From the NCBI RefSeq assembly GCF_018350175.1, contig NC_058383.1, positions 24,430,001 through 24,494,000 of the forward strand: a DNA stretch of 64,000 nt, given 5' to 3'. Made by a program: the position numbers and the translations under genes. Source of the stretch: Felis catus (lineage: Eukaryota). The notes beneath the pieces were generated by a model. It searched no databases. It was not told where the DNA came from and was given only the letters and a program-made list of their open reading frames with translations. This document shows, in pieces, positions 1-11,699 of the stretch (positions are counted from its first letter, which is position 1; each line of letters begins with the position of its first letter).

Positions 1-211
1 GTTCTGGGCAGTGGCAGCCTTATCCAGGAGAGCAACACATTCATTCTGCTCTCTGCTAGCAGCAGCATCCAGTGGAGACTGTAAGTTGTTGTCCAGGGCA
101 AAGATGTTGGCACCAAAGTTGACCAGGAATGAAACACAGTGGGTATGACCATTGGAGGCTGCATAATGCAAGGGAGTATTTCCCCAGATGTCACATCTAT
201 TAGGGTCCCCT
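1..211 (-). CDS. ANKS4B: ANKS4B coding exon 2, 5' part (ankyrin repeats)
   Basis: Reverse strand TTTTTCTAG|A GGG GAC CCT reads [70 protein letters not shown], open to the window edge. Confidence 0.96.
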
Positions 212-267
212 CTAGAAAAAATATCAAAAATACACATAATTTTTGTTTCTTAGAACATGAGGTCCAA

Positions 268-269
268 AA

Positions 270-320
<51 letters not shown>
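268..320. repeat. (TAAA)n microsatellite
   Basis: Direct reading. Confidence 0.95.
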
Positions 321-607
321 AACCAAGATGAACAAAATACATGTTAATCCTGCCTTGGCATTGGTTATAACTTGTGAAAGTCTGAACACATAGAGAAATC
401 AACATGGCCAGAAACAGAAAGAGCCCATCTCTACCCTTTGCTTCCTTTTTAGAAGAAAAGCTTCTCAAGAAACATCCCCCTCCCCCCAAAAAAGCCACTT
501 TCATGTTTCATTGTTTCCAATTGGGTCACATGTCTATAGGAAGAGAAATAGAACTACTATAACTTAGGCCAACTAAAAATTTTCCCTGAAGCTAGGGATA
601 AGATTAC

Positions 608-1040
608 CCAGTGGCATACTTGTAAATGTTTAACAACTGGCTTACCCAAGAAAAAGATCAAAGCTCTGATTTATGGCATGTGCCAATTTTTGTGTTGTAC
701 ATACACCCATCATGGCAAAATTCAAGCTACTAATGTGATATTACTGGACACAGTTTGGAAGAGATGTACAGTAACACACTGTTATAAATTATTCCCACCA
801 TATATGTAGATATTGCAGATGTACAAAATCTTAAGAACATAGTTAATAGTAAAATGCACTAAATAATTAGGAAGTGAGAAGTTTTGAGTATTTAAAAATA
901 TAATTTATTAACTGATAGGTTAAATAACCTTATTTTTAATAACGACTCTGTTTAACAGACTGAAACTTCCTGAAAATTTAGCAATCATCTCTCATGAGCT
1001 GGTAAGAGCTCATTCCCACTCTAACAGTGTTACCACACTG
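608..1040. mobile_element. Old hAT DNA transposon remnant (MER63/BLACKJACK-like)
   Basis: Starts ccagtggcatacttgtaaatgtttaacaactgg and ends ccacactgg (imperfect TIR); family from recall. Confidence 0.45.
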
Positions 1041-1685
1041 GAGTCACATGTAGGAAAATAAAGAACTGAACAGAACCGGGTTCCCACCAACAAGAAAGAA
1101 GAGGAGAATGGATATTGTGTAGGTACCAAACAGTATCTACTACAACCATTATTCATACAAAGGGTAGAACATATCCATTGATTCCCCAACTTACTTCCAT
1201 GTAATTACAGTGTCATATATGTGATCAGTTCTGCAATGGCTTATGGTGTAATTGGGGGTACTATTAGATGGGATTAAGGCCAGAGACCCCATGCCAGCAT
1301 GGAAACAGTCATGCGGTAGTTGCTCAATAAAGATTTGTGGGATGAATTAATGCCTACTGGAATCTTGCCCCAGGCCACAACCCCACTCCCCCATGAGATT
1401 GTGAGTTACTGGCAGTCATGTTGTTTAATATGGCTCTGGCCCCAAGCCCAAGCCATTGATGAGAACTCTGATAATACAGGTACTAAGAGGCATTCTTCCA
1501 TCACCCTAGACTAGACCCCCAAACGAGGATCTCTCTAAACTTTCCCCAGTCTGGACCCATGGAAGGACAGGAGACAGGTTCCGAGAGAAGGCCTCTTGAC
1601 ATTCTTGGTGAGTAGGATGTGGAAACAGGAGAGACAATCCATGCACTTGCAACTGCCACATCAATGCCCTGTGACCCTTCCTCTG

Positions 1686-1860
1686 TTGCTTGCTACTCAA
1701 AGTTTGGTCCCTGGATCAGTAGTAGCAGCTGCAGCTGCAGCTGCTAGTTTGCTAGAAATGCAGAATCTTGGACTCCAGCCCAGAATTCCTGAATCAGAAT
1801 CCGAAGTTTAACAAGATCCCAAGGTGATATGTAAGTTCCCTGCAGATTGAGAAGAGCTGC
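1686..1860. mobile_element. MER5A-like hAT MITE
   Basis: Typical motifs tgctagaaatgcagaatct, gaatcagaatc and ttaacaagatcccaaggtgat. Confidence 0.7.
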
Positions 1861-2423
1861 GCTAGTTAACGGAGCCTAACCAATGTCCAGTAATTTGATG
1901 AATCGAATTTGTAACTCCTCCATGGAAAGCCTTGGTCTCCTCAGGCTTTTCAGTGGTGAAGGTTTATACTTTCAACACCATCACCACCACCCACCATCAC
2001 CATCTCCTTCTTAAAGAAAGACCAGGATAATTATCAGAGGGGTAAAATAAGGCTCAGAATGGTTAACTGATTTAAGCCTGTTACACAGGCAGCATACTTT
2101 GGATCAGGCTTGCCTCCAGGCCTAACGGTCTCCAGCACAATATAGTCTTATGTTAACAGACCTCAAGTTTTTCTACTTTACCAGCTATGAGGCCTCAAGC
2201 TTAACTCACTGAGGACTCAGTGTCCTCATCTGAATGAGTATGAGAATAATTTTCCTGGAGTTGCTATGTGAATAAGTTAACATAAAGCCTTAGAAAAGTG
2301 CTTGGTCCATAGTGAATACTCAATAAACATTACCTATCATCATTTCTCTTTTCCCTAAACTCATAATCCCTAATTTCATATATTTATTTTCCCCACAGCA
2401 TTATAATAGCTCTTGTGACTTTT

Positions 2424-2607
2424 GTTAAATGTTTATTTATTTTGAGAGAGAGAGCACAGGGGAGGGACAGAGGGAGAGAGAGAATCCTAAACGGGCTTTG
2501 CATTCAGAGTGGAGCCCGACATGAGGCTCCATCTCGTGACCATGAACTCACGACCTGAGCCAAAATCAAGAGTCGGACGCTTAACTGACTGAGCCACCCA
2601 GGCGCCC
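2424..2607 (-). mobile_element. CAN-SINE with 17-bp TSD
   Basis: SINEC body; TSD tagctcttg(t/c)gactttt at 2407-2423 and 2608-2624. Confidence 0.93.
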
Positions 2608-3848
2608 TAGCTCTTGCGACTTTTTAACACTTACAGTCGTACTTAATTTGCCCAATATTTATGTCCCAACTCCCTAATGAGATAATATGCCTCAGAGGGT
2701 CAAACCTGTGTCTTTTTGTCCTTTGTATCACATCTCCTAGCAGAAGTCTCAGACTCAACTTAAAGAAACCAAGCAGGTCATTTAAGCAGCTGAATGGAGC
2801 CAAGCTTGTTCTTTCAACAAAGTCATAGTTGAGTGTGAACTTCAATGAGAAAGGATAGCTGTCGCTCAGCAGCAGCTGACTGCCACCTTGAATAAAAGCA
2901 GGCACAATTTGGCCAGGGCTTCCATTTTCCACATAAAGCCAGACATCCAGGATTTCATGTGGAATTTTTTGAATTTCAAACGTTGGCTCCAATTTAAAAG
3001 AAAAATACAGTGAAATCCAAATAAAACACAGTTTTGGACTGGATCCAGCCCATACTCTGGCAGTTGGTAACCTCCTTCTGAGCAGAGAACAGCATGAACA
3101 GATGCACATATGGGTGATGTTAAACATGGCATATCTGAGGAACCAGGAGTATATTTCGGTTGACCAGAGTGCATGGAGATGGGGCAAGGGAAATCAGTGC
3201 AAAGAGGAAAGTAAGAAAATGAAATTTAATCTAAGGAAAGCAAATATTAAATAAGACCATTCTGTCGGGCTGCTACTTCCAAGAGGTCTGCTCAGTATGC
3301 CTGATTTAATTGTTTTGGATCAAAGAACACCTCTTTCAGTCTTAGTGCAGTTGTGTATCTTAGGGGGGCACAGTGCCTCACCCCCAAAGATGTCGTTTTA
3401 CATTTTATTTATTTTAACCAAGCACTATATTCAAAAGACTCCTTAAGTACTCTAGACATCAAAGAGGGATTGTAAAAACATCCAAGATGGTACTACAAAC
3501 ATAAACAAAAACATACTGGTTAAATTTGCTTGAAACTGTTGGGTTGTATAAGTTAAAAAAGAAATTATTGAGAGGAGTGAGCTATGGTGGGGATGTTCAG
3601 GGTCTTAAGGAGTTTAGGTTAAATCTACATGCTTTGGAACTTAAAGGAGCTTAAATGTCCCTTTCAAGATGGAAGGAAGAACATCAAGAAAACCTTGAGA
3701 TGACCCCAAAGATGTGTCTTGTTCTAAGAAAATTTCAAATGCAAAATTCCAAATTTATAGATGAAACTGTCAGTAAGATGATTTAAAAGTCCCTAGTGTA
3801 TTTAAGTTATTTCCACTTATAAAAATTCTATTTAAAAGCAACTTTCTT

Positions 3849-4469
3849 GGGTGCCTGGGTGGCTGAGTTGGTTAAGCATCTGACTCTTCATGATCTCACA
3901 GTTTGTGAGTTCGAACCCCAAGTCGGGCTCTGTGCTGACAGCTTGGAGCCTGGAACCTGCTTCAGATTCTGTGTCTCCCTCTCTCTGCCCCTCACCTGTT
4001 CACACTCTGTCTTTCTCAAATAAATAAATATTAAAAAAATTTTTTTTTCAAAGCATCTGACTCTTAATTTCGGCTCAGGCCATGATCCCACAGTTCTTGA
4101 GTTCGAGCCCTGCATCAGGTTCTGTGCTACAGCTCGGAGCCTGGAGTCTGCTTCAAATTCTGTGTCTCCCTCTTTCTCTGCCCTTCCCCCAGCTCCCTCT
4201 CTGTCTCTCTCTCTCTCTCAAAAATTAAATTTTTTTTAATGTTTATTTTATTTTAAGGCAACTTTCTGGGGCACCTGGGTGGCTCAGTTGGTTAAGCAAC
4301 CAACTTCAGCTCAGGTCATGATCTCGCAATTTGTGAGTTGAAGACTTGCGACAAGCTCTGTGCTGACAGCTTGGAGCTGGAGCCTGCTTCAGATTCTGTG
4401 TCTCCCTCTCCTCTTCGTGCTCTGTCTCTCAAAAATAAATAAAAACTTTTAAAAAAATTTTTAAATGAA
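3849..4469 (+). mobile_element. Cluster of three CAN-SINEs (one nested, two tandem)
   Basis: Heads gggtgcctgggtggct and ggggcacctgggtggct with (CT)n and A-rich tails; nested copy 3889-4050 has a 15-bp TSD. Confidence 0.92.
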
Positions 4470-4536
4470 GCAACTTTCCAAATTTGTGTATAACTTAAAA
4501 TATTTTCTAATGACAAATTTCATGGAGACCTTATAT

Positions 4537-4751
4537 TTTTTTAATGTTTATTTATTTCTGAGAGAGAGAGAGAGAGAGACAGAGCATGAGCAGGACAGGG
4601 GCAGAGAGAGAGGTAGACACAGAATCCAAAGCAGGCTCCAGGCTCTAAGCCATCAGCACAGAGCCTGACACAGGGCTCGAACTCGTGAACTGTGAGATCA
4701 TGACCTGAGCTGACGCCGGACGCCCAACTGACTGAGCCACCCAGGCGACCC
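4537..4751 (-). mobile_element. CAN-SINE
   Basis: tttttaatgtttatttatttctgagagag to gagccacccaggcgaccc. Confidence 0.92.
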
Positions 4752-4761
4752 TCATGGAGTA

Positions 4762-4919
4762 CTTCTAAATTCAATCTTTGTCTTTCAGTCTTTGGTGTCT
4801 TTCATACTTCTTAATAGAATCATTACACATACCTGCCCAGATATTCACAAACTGGTCCCCCTCGTTTGATTATCCGAATCCAATATTGATGCTATAGTGT
4901 TTGCCTAGGCTAAATTCAG
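4762..4919 (+). repeat. 158-bp local duplication, copy 1
   Basis: Ungapped alignment to 6063-6220 with 13 mismatches (hand count). Confidence 0.95.
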
Positions 4920-5209
4920 TCTTGGGTTGGTTTCTTTTCCTATTTCTTTTTTCCAAAAGAGAAACTCACTGAAGAGATTTTAAAATAATCCCCATTTTGC
5001 TCTTGCTTTTTTGTAGGTCAGTGCATTTGGGCAGTAATTTTTAAAACCGGATTGGTATTATAGTCACTAAATGGGCAACTTGCTTATATTAACTTACTCT
5101 GAGCATCTGGTCCACATCATTTTTTCTCTTTTGAAGTTAATTTGTTTTTTGTGAAGCTGTTCTCAGAAAAAAAAAATCAGTCTTTCAAAAATGTTTTTCT
5201 ACATAAGAA

Positions 5210-5620
5210 GGAATATTTGGACTTATTAATAATCAAAGAAATATAAATGAAAACAATGTACTACCATTTTCTTGCCCATCAGATAGGCAAGGATTAAAAA
5301 GAACAGTAATACTCAGTTTTGGCAGGAGTATGGGAAAATGAACAATGCTGGAGGAATCATAAAGTAGTTCAAATTTCCTGGCACATTATGTGCCAAAAGC
5401 TTTTAAAACATAGCACCCTCTTGAATCAATAACTCTGCCTTTAAGAATTTATCCTAAGGAAATATTAGACCCTTGTGTAAAGATGAGTAAGCAAGGGTGT
5501 TCATCCCAACTTGTTAATAACAGTTGAAAGACTGGATTCAAATTTAAGTGTTATGAACAAGCAACTGATTAAATAAATTATGATGAAACCGTAAAAACAG
5601 AATACCATATAGTCATTAAA
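5210..5620 (+). mobile_element. Old L1 (L1ME-like) 3' fragment
   Basis: Degenerate ORF2-end motifs (aatcaaagaaatataaatgaaaacaat, aagaatttatcctaaggaaat). Confidence 0.6.
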
Positions 5621-5636
5621 AACCAGTGACATGATG

Positions 5637-5850
5637 GGGCGCCTGGGTGGCTCAGTCGGTTGAGGGTCCGACTTCGGTTCAGGTCATGATCTCACACTCC
5701 GTGGGTTCGAGATGCATGTCGGGCTCTGTGCTGATGGCTCAGAGCCTGGACTCTGCTTCAGATTCTGTGTCTCCCCCCCCCCGCCCCTCCCCTGCTCATG
5801 CTCTGTCTCTCTCTGTCTCAAAAATAAACAAAAACAGTAAAAAATTTTTT
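5637..5850 (+). mobile_element. CAN-SINE
   Basis: ggggcgcctgggtggctcagtcggttgag head, CT tract, A-rich tail. Confidence 0.92.
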
Positions 5851-5866
5851 TAAAAAACAGTGGTAT

Positions 5867-5991
5867 GGGATGCCTGGGTGGCACAGTTAGCTGACTGTCC
5901 AACTCTTGATTTCAGCTCAGTTCATGATCCCAGGATGATGGGATCAAGCCCCACATCAGGCTCTGTGCTGAGCCTGCTTAAGATTCTCTCC

Positions 5992-6023
<32 letters not shown>

Positions 6024-6288
6024 GTCTCTGTCTCTCCCTCTCCATCTGCCCCTCTCCCCACTCTTCTAAATCCAATCTCTGTCTTTTAGTCCTTGGTGTC
6101 TTTCATACTTCTTGATAGAACCATTACACATACCTGCCCAGGTGTTCACAAACTGGTTCCCCTCATTTGATTAGCTGAATCCAATATTGATGCTATAGTG
6201 TTTGCCTGGGCTAAATTCAGGCAAATTCTCTCTCTCTCTAATTAACAAAACAAAACAAAACAAAACAAAACAAAACAAAACAAAACAC
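5867..6288 (+). mobile_element. CAN-SINE interrupted by a 158-bp duplicated segment; (CAAAA)n tail
   Basis: TSD cagtggtat at 5858-5866 and 6289-6297; SINE tail resumes after 6220. Confidence 0.88.
6063..6220 (+). repeat. 158-bp local duplication, copy 2 (inside SINE)
   Basis: About 92% identical to 4762-4919. Confidence 0.95.
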
Positions 6289-7009
6289 CAGTGGTATAGA
6301 TTTCTACTTCAAAGAGCAAATAAAAAACTGAAAGTGAAAATGATCCATAATCTATTGTTAAATAATTAGAAGCAGGTGTCAGAACAGTTTGTATAATATG
6401 ACTGCCTTTTTTCAGGGGGAAAAATGTATGTGTATGTACATGTTCTCAAAGGAAAAAGTCTGGAAGGATATAAGCCCAAATGTTAATGACTGTGAAAATT
6501 GGTTTGATTTTTACTTTATTAAATTTATCTTTGTAATATGATGTAAAATTTTGCAGTAAGTATCCTCAAAGAATCAGGGAGGAAGATAACTTAGGTTAGC
6601 AAGTGAAACAAAACAAAAAAAATTCACATACACATTGAAGGCAAAATGAAATTTTGTATAATTGGAGCCATCTTCCAAGTGTAGGAGAACATATGTAATT
6701 ATTGCTTTTCATCTTTAAATTTTGAAAAGAAAGGAACACAATTTTTAACAAAGCCAGAGTTTGGGTATTAATAATTACCACATGATCCACTGTCAGTGAT
6801 CAATGACTGATTAACTTCTAAATTCAATTTTTAATTTATTTCCCTTTTTAACTCCCTTAAGTATATAACTGGCAATTGATCTCTCACAGCTCCTGAAAAT
6901 TGGCTGTGGTCAGTATGGGAGCCTAAGAAAACCTGTACAAGATTTTTTTTTCAGCCTATGTACTCCATGGCAACTTAACACAATGGTGGAACATGGGGTC
7001 TTACCTTCC

Positions 7010-7715
7010 TCTTCCTCTACTCACCAAAACATCCAGTCAACTGTAATTGATCCTACACCCAAACTGCCACTCCAATCCATCCCTGTCTCCCCATTGCCAT
7101 TGCCACTGCCCTAGTCCAGTTCATCTCTCATCTCAACCATTAAAATAGCCCTTGAACATTTTCTGTGACTGCTACACAGCTGCCTGAACAAGTTTTGTAA
7201 ACACAAATCTACCAGGTGGCTACCCTGCTTAAACCTGACAATGACTTCCCATGCCGATAGGATAAAGTTCAACTCCCAAACAGAGTTTACAAGGCTCTTG
7301 TGATCTGGTCGTTTCTTATAACTTGGCCTCTCCCCATTAAAGCTGCATCCAGCCATACTCAACTTCAGTGCCTAGAATGTAAAGTGCTCTCACTTGGGAA
7401 ACATTCTTCCTTCCATCTTCTGGCCAGCTTCTTCTCACCTTTCAAGTTACAGCTTCAATGATCCAGAAAGCCTATCCTCACTCTATGGTTTGGGATAGAT
7501 GCCTGTGTTATTTATGTAGCGCCCTTTCTTTCCCCCCTTTATAACCAATATCATCTATGACTTAACTTATTTAATTTCTGTCTTCCTCTCTCAAATCTGA
7601 TCACCATGAGGAGAGGAATTGGGTCTCTCTTGTTGATCAGAGCATCCCCAGTGGCCAATAAAATGGCTGGTACATTGCAAATATGTAAAAGTAAATATTT
7701 ACTGAATTGAAATTG
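7010..7715 (+). mobile_element. L2 LINE remnant
   Basis: Degenerate L2 3' motifs ending gtaaatatttactgaattgaa. Confidence 0.6.
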
Positions 7716-8220
7716 ATTCACTTAGCTCCTTTATTAATGTTTTCTTTTTTCCTTTCTTTACTGCCATCGGGTTATAGTTGCCAACACTGCCTAGCCCTTC
7801 TGGTAACATGCAGAAGAAAAGAGATAGGTAATTCCTGCATTAGAATTTGGGGGAAGTGTGTATGCATGTGTATATATCTGACAGCTAGAGAGATAAGACA
7901 GGCTGAAGGTCCCTTATAAAGCCAACTATTTCATCTAAGAATCATGGCTTGCATTAGGGTTGTGTATTAATAAATACACAATTAATAATTAATAATTATT
8001 ATATTATTATATATTATATTATATATTTAATTATATATAATATATAATTATATATGTATAATTATATAATTAATTAATAATTAATAAATAGGGTTGTGGA
8101 TTTTAATGGAATAGATAAAAAAAAACAACGCATCATTTGTTCCAATCAAAGTTAACATCTTAAAGTCAAGTAAAACAGTGATTTCTTTTTAAGAGCCAAC
8201 CATTTAAATTTCATGGAAAA

Positions 8221-8381
8221 GTTTGTTTGTTTGTTTGTTTGTTTGTTTGTTTGTTTGTTTTAAAGTAGGCTTCAGACCTAGCATGGAGCCCAATGTGGGG
8301 CTTGAATTCATGACCCTGAGATCAAGACCTGACCTGATATCAAGAGTCAGATGCTTAACTGACTGAGCCACTTAGGTGCCC
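8221..8381 (-). mobile_element. Short CAN-SINE with (GTTT)n tail
   Basis: gagatcaagacctgacctgatatcaagagtcagatgcttaactgactgagccac. Confidence 0.85.
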
Positions 8382-8695
8382 TTATGTAAAAGATTTTTAA
8401 AGACACAAAATTAAAATATCCTCCCCCCTATCCCCCTGCTCCGAGCAGATAACAAAGCCTTAGAGTTCAGGATCTTTCTATGTGTGGCTCATAAGGGATG
8501 AGCCATCCCCATGGTACCAGTTCTTAATGTGAAAAGAGCATCTCTAGGCAGTTTTCTCTTTTTCTCTAAAAAGACAATTATTTAGACAATCCATAAAGAA
8601 CAAAGTATTTTCACTGACTTCCCTGTCTCTTGCTGCTGTCTGTAAACTCCTACCATAAACACTGTTTACAGTAGAAACCATCAGGTTGAACTTAC

Positions 8696-8859
8696 CCTCT
8701 GCTGCAGATTATTTCTAGGGCTTCCAAATTCCCATGGTAAGCTGCCAGGAGTGTGGGAGTCATGCCATCTTCATCAGAAAGATTCAGATCTCTCTTGGTA
8801 GCCTCTTTCAAAAGTTCTAAGTAGCTATCACTAGCAGCTTGGTGGTAGCGAGTGGACAT
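8696..8859 (-). CDS. ANKS4B: ANKS4B coding exon 1
   Basis: ATG at 8859-8857; [54 protein letters not shown](G); donor GG|GTAAG; 164 nt. Confidence 0.97.
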
Positions 8860-8941
8860 TTTTCCTGCCCACCTAAGCCCAGCCGGATATTGCTCTCCAG
8901 GCAGATCAGGTTGTTGGTGAAGTAGCCTTCCTGCAAAGCTG

Positions 8942-8954
8942 GTTAATCAGTAAC
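8942..8954. promoter_or_regulatory. Candidate HNF1 site, ANKS4B proximal promoter
   Basis: GTTAATCAGTAAC versus consensus GTTAATNATTAAC (1 mismatch), about 85 nt upstream of the ATG. Confidence 0.75.
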
Positions 8955-8972
8955 AAGGAAGAGTGTCACCTC

Positions 8973-8985
8973 AGGACAAAGGTCA
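8973..8985 (+). promoter_or_regulatory. Candidate HNF4 DR1 site, ANKS4B promoter
   Basis: AGGACA-A-AGGTCA with CAAAG core. Confidence 0.75.
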
Positions 8986-9029
8986 TTCCAGGCTCCTCCA
9001 TGGAAGGCAGCCAGAAAGGTTCACAGCAC

Positions 9030-9042
9030 TGAACTTGGACCT
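9030..9042 (-). promoter_or_regulatory. Second candidate DR1 (HNF4/nuclear receptor) site
   Basis: Reverse strand AGGTCC-A-AGTTCA. Confidence 0.55.
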
Positions 9043-9237
9043 TTCCTTTCTGGCATGGCCATGACCTGGAATAGTAAGGAATGCGGGGTTCATCTTGAGT
9101 GTTTTAAGCCACATTTAATTTTTTCTGTCCATTAGCATGTCTTGAATGTAGTATTGGTCATCTAGGCACAGAATGTACAAAATAATTTCCAAACAATTCA
9201 GAACTAGTCTAGTTCACTGGGGAGGTCTATTTTAGAA

Positions 9238-10125
9238 ACTATTTTATTGAGGTATATACACTATGAAATTTACCCCTTTTAAGTGTGTAATTCAATGATA
9301 GTAAATTTACACAGTGGTTCAAGCATCACCAGAATCCAATTTTAGAACATATCTATCACCCTCAAAATATCCCTCATACTCATTTGTAGTTAATCCCCAT
9401 TTCCCCTCCCAACCCCAGGAAACTACTAATCTGCTTTCTGTCTCTATAGATTTGCTTTTTAAGGGCATTTAATATAAATGGAATCATAAAATATATAGTC
9501 TTTGTGTTTAGGGTTTTTTTTTAGCTTCACATAATTTTCTGAGGTACATTCATTTTTCAGTATATAACAGTACTTCCTCTTTATTGCTGAATAATATTCT
9601 ACTATAGAAATATACCAAATGTTCATGATTCATCCAATAGCTGATGGACATTTAGATTGTTTCCCCTTTTTGTTTTTATGAATAATGCTTCTAAGAACAT
9701 TCACACGCAAGTCTGTGTGGACATATATCTTTATGTCTCTTGGGTTTATAGCAAAGAGTGGAATGGCTGGGTTACATGATGATTAATATTTAACTTTTTC
9801 AGAAATTGCCAGTGTTTTTCCAAAGTCACTGTACTGTTATACATTTCTACCAGCAATGATTGGTGATAATTTCTCCATATCTTTGCAGCCTTTGTTGCCT
9901 TTTTGCTTATAGCCATCCTTAGCGGATGTGAAGTGGTATCATTATGGTTCTAATTTGCATTTCCTAATGATTAATGATGTTGAGCACGTTTTCATGTGCT
10001 TATTAGCCATTCTTACATCTTATCTTTATTAAATTGTTTGCCCATTTTTCTCACTGGGTTATTATCTTATTATTGAGTTATAAGAGTTCTTTATATATAT
10101 TGAACAAAAATCCTTTATCAGATCT
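9238..10125 (-). mobile_element. Old L1M 3' end
   Basis: tttattgaggtata, ctgctttctgtctctatagatttgc and gtggtatcattatggttctaatttgcatttcc are typical of a reverse-oriented L1MB/MC 3' end. Confidence 0.8.
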
Positions 10126-10183
10126 ATTTTGAACTGAATGAAAATGAAGACACAACATCTCAGAATTTTAAAACAGAGCTTGG

Positions 10184-10472
10184 CCCAAATGTCCATCAAC
10201 TGATGAGTGGATTAAGAAGATGTGGTATATATGAGGTGCCTGGGTGGCTCAGTTGGTTAAGTGTCTGACTTCAGCTCAGGTCATGATCTCACCGTCCATG
10301 AGTTCGAGCCCCATGTCAGGCTCTGTGCTGACAGCTTAGAGCCTGGAGCCTGCTTTGGATTTTGTGTCCCCTCCCTCTCTCTCTGCTCCTCACCTACTCA
10401 CACTCTGTCTCATTCTCTCAAAAATAATAAATAAACATTAAAAAAAAGATGTTATATATATATATATGTATG

Positions 10473-10516
<44 letters not shown>

Positions 10517-10936
10517 GGAATACTACTCAGCAATGAAAAATAATGATATCTTGCCATTTGCAACAGTGTGGATGGGACTGGAGGGTATTATGCTAAGTGA
10601 AATAAGTCAGTCAAAGAAAAACAGATATCACACGATTTCACTCATATGTGGAATTTGAGAAACCTAACAGATGATCATAGGGGAAAGGAAGGAAAAATAA
10701 GATAAAAACAGAGTAAGGCAAACCATAAGAGACTCTTAAATAAAGAGAATAAACTGAGGGCTGATGGGGGTCAGGGGTGGGGAAAATGGGTGATGGGCAT
10801 TAAGGATAGGACTGGTTGGGATGAGCCCTGGGTGTTATATGTAAGTGATGAATCACTGGATTTTACTCCAAGACTACACTGTATGTTAACTTGAGAATAA
10901 ATAAAATAAAAATAAAAAATGTAAACATTAAATAAT
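10184..10936 (+). mobile_element. 5'-truncated carnivore L1 with 11-bp TSD, containing a CAN-SINE (about 10233-10447) and (CA)n
   Basis: ORF2 end and 3'UTR motifs; TSD acagagcttgg at 10173-10183 and 10937-10947. Confidence 0.88.
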
Positions 10937-11039
10937 ACAGAGCTTGGGGGAGAAATTAGCAGTTTTTAATGCCTGTATTAAAAAAAAGAGAAATATCTCA
11001 AATCAATAACTTAAACTCCCACCTTAAGGAAAGGAGGAA

Positions 11040-11683
11040 AACATGGAAAAATTAGTGCAAATAAAGAACAAAATGTAAGACCAAAAACATGGTCCAAATA
11101 TCTCTGTAAAACAGGTAAGTGTAAATGGACAAAATTCACCAGTTGGAAGACCCAGCTATATCTTATTCACAACAGACACAGCTAAAATATAAAATTGCAG
11201 AAAGATTGAAAGCAAAAAATGGAAAAGTTTTATCAAGAAAATACTGACAAAAAATGGTATATCTATATTTATATCAGACAAAATATAGTTTAAGCCAAAA
11301 AATTACTAGGGATAAAGAGAGATGATGAAAGGAACAATTCATCAACAAAATATAATAGTCCTAAGCTTGTGTGTACCTAATAACATAGCCCCCAAATAGA
11401 GAAAACAAAAAATAATAGAACTGGAACAGAAAGAGCAAATCCACAATCACAGTAGGAGATTTTAATTAACTCTCTTAATATTATACATATAATGATAATG
11501 TTAATTCACCCTCTGTATATCATACACACACACACACGCACACACACACATATATATTAGGCTAAAGATTAGTAAAAATATAAAATATTTGAACACAATT
11601 AAAAGCTTGACTTAACAATCCTATGTATAACTCTATACTCAATAGAAAAAGCGTGTTCTTTTCAAGTACACAGAAATATTTAT
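11040..11683 (+). mobile_element. Old L1 ORF2 endonuclease-region remnant (continues about 12349-12440)
   Basis: Degenerate motifs gtaaatggacaaaattcacc, atatcagacaaaatatagtttaag and ccacaatcacagtaggagatttt. Confidence 0.65.
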
Positions 11684-11699
11684 AAAAATTGCCCACCTA

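Larger units (their letters stand above)
1..8859 (-). other. ANKS4B: ANKS4B gene span (partial; exon 2 runs off the left edge)
   Basis: Two minus-strand exons (8696-8859 and 1-211) splice GT-AG in phase 2 into an ankyrin-repeat protein starting [26 protein letters not shown]; synteny with ZP2 and LDAF1. Confidence 0.96.

Noticed and set aside
2624..3187. 187-aa minus-strand ORF in the ANKS4B intron
   Set aside because: Non-ATG start, no recognisable domain, overlaps a degenerate DNA-transposon-like remnant, and no supporting splice structure.
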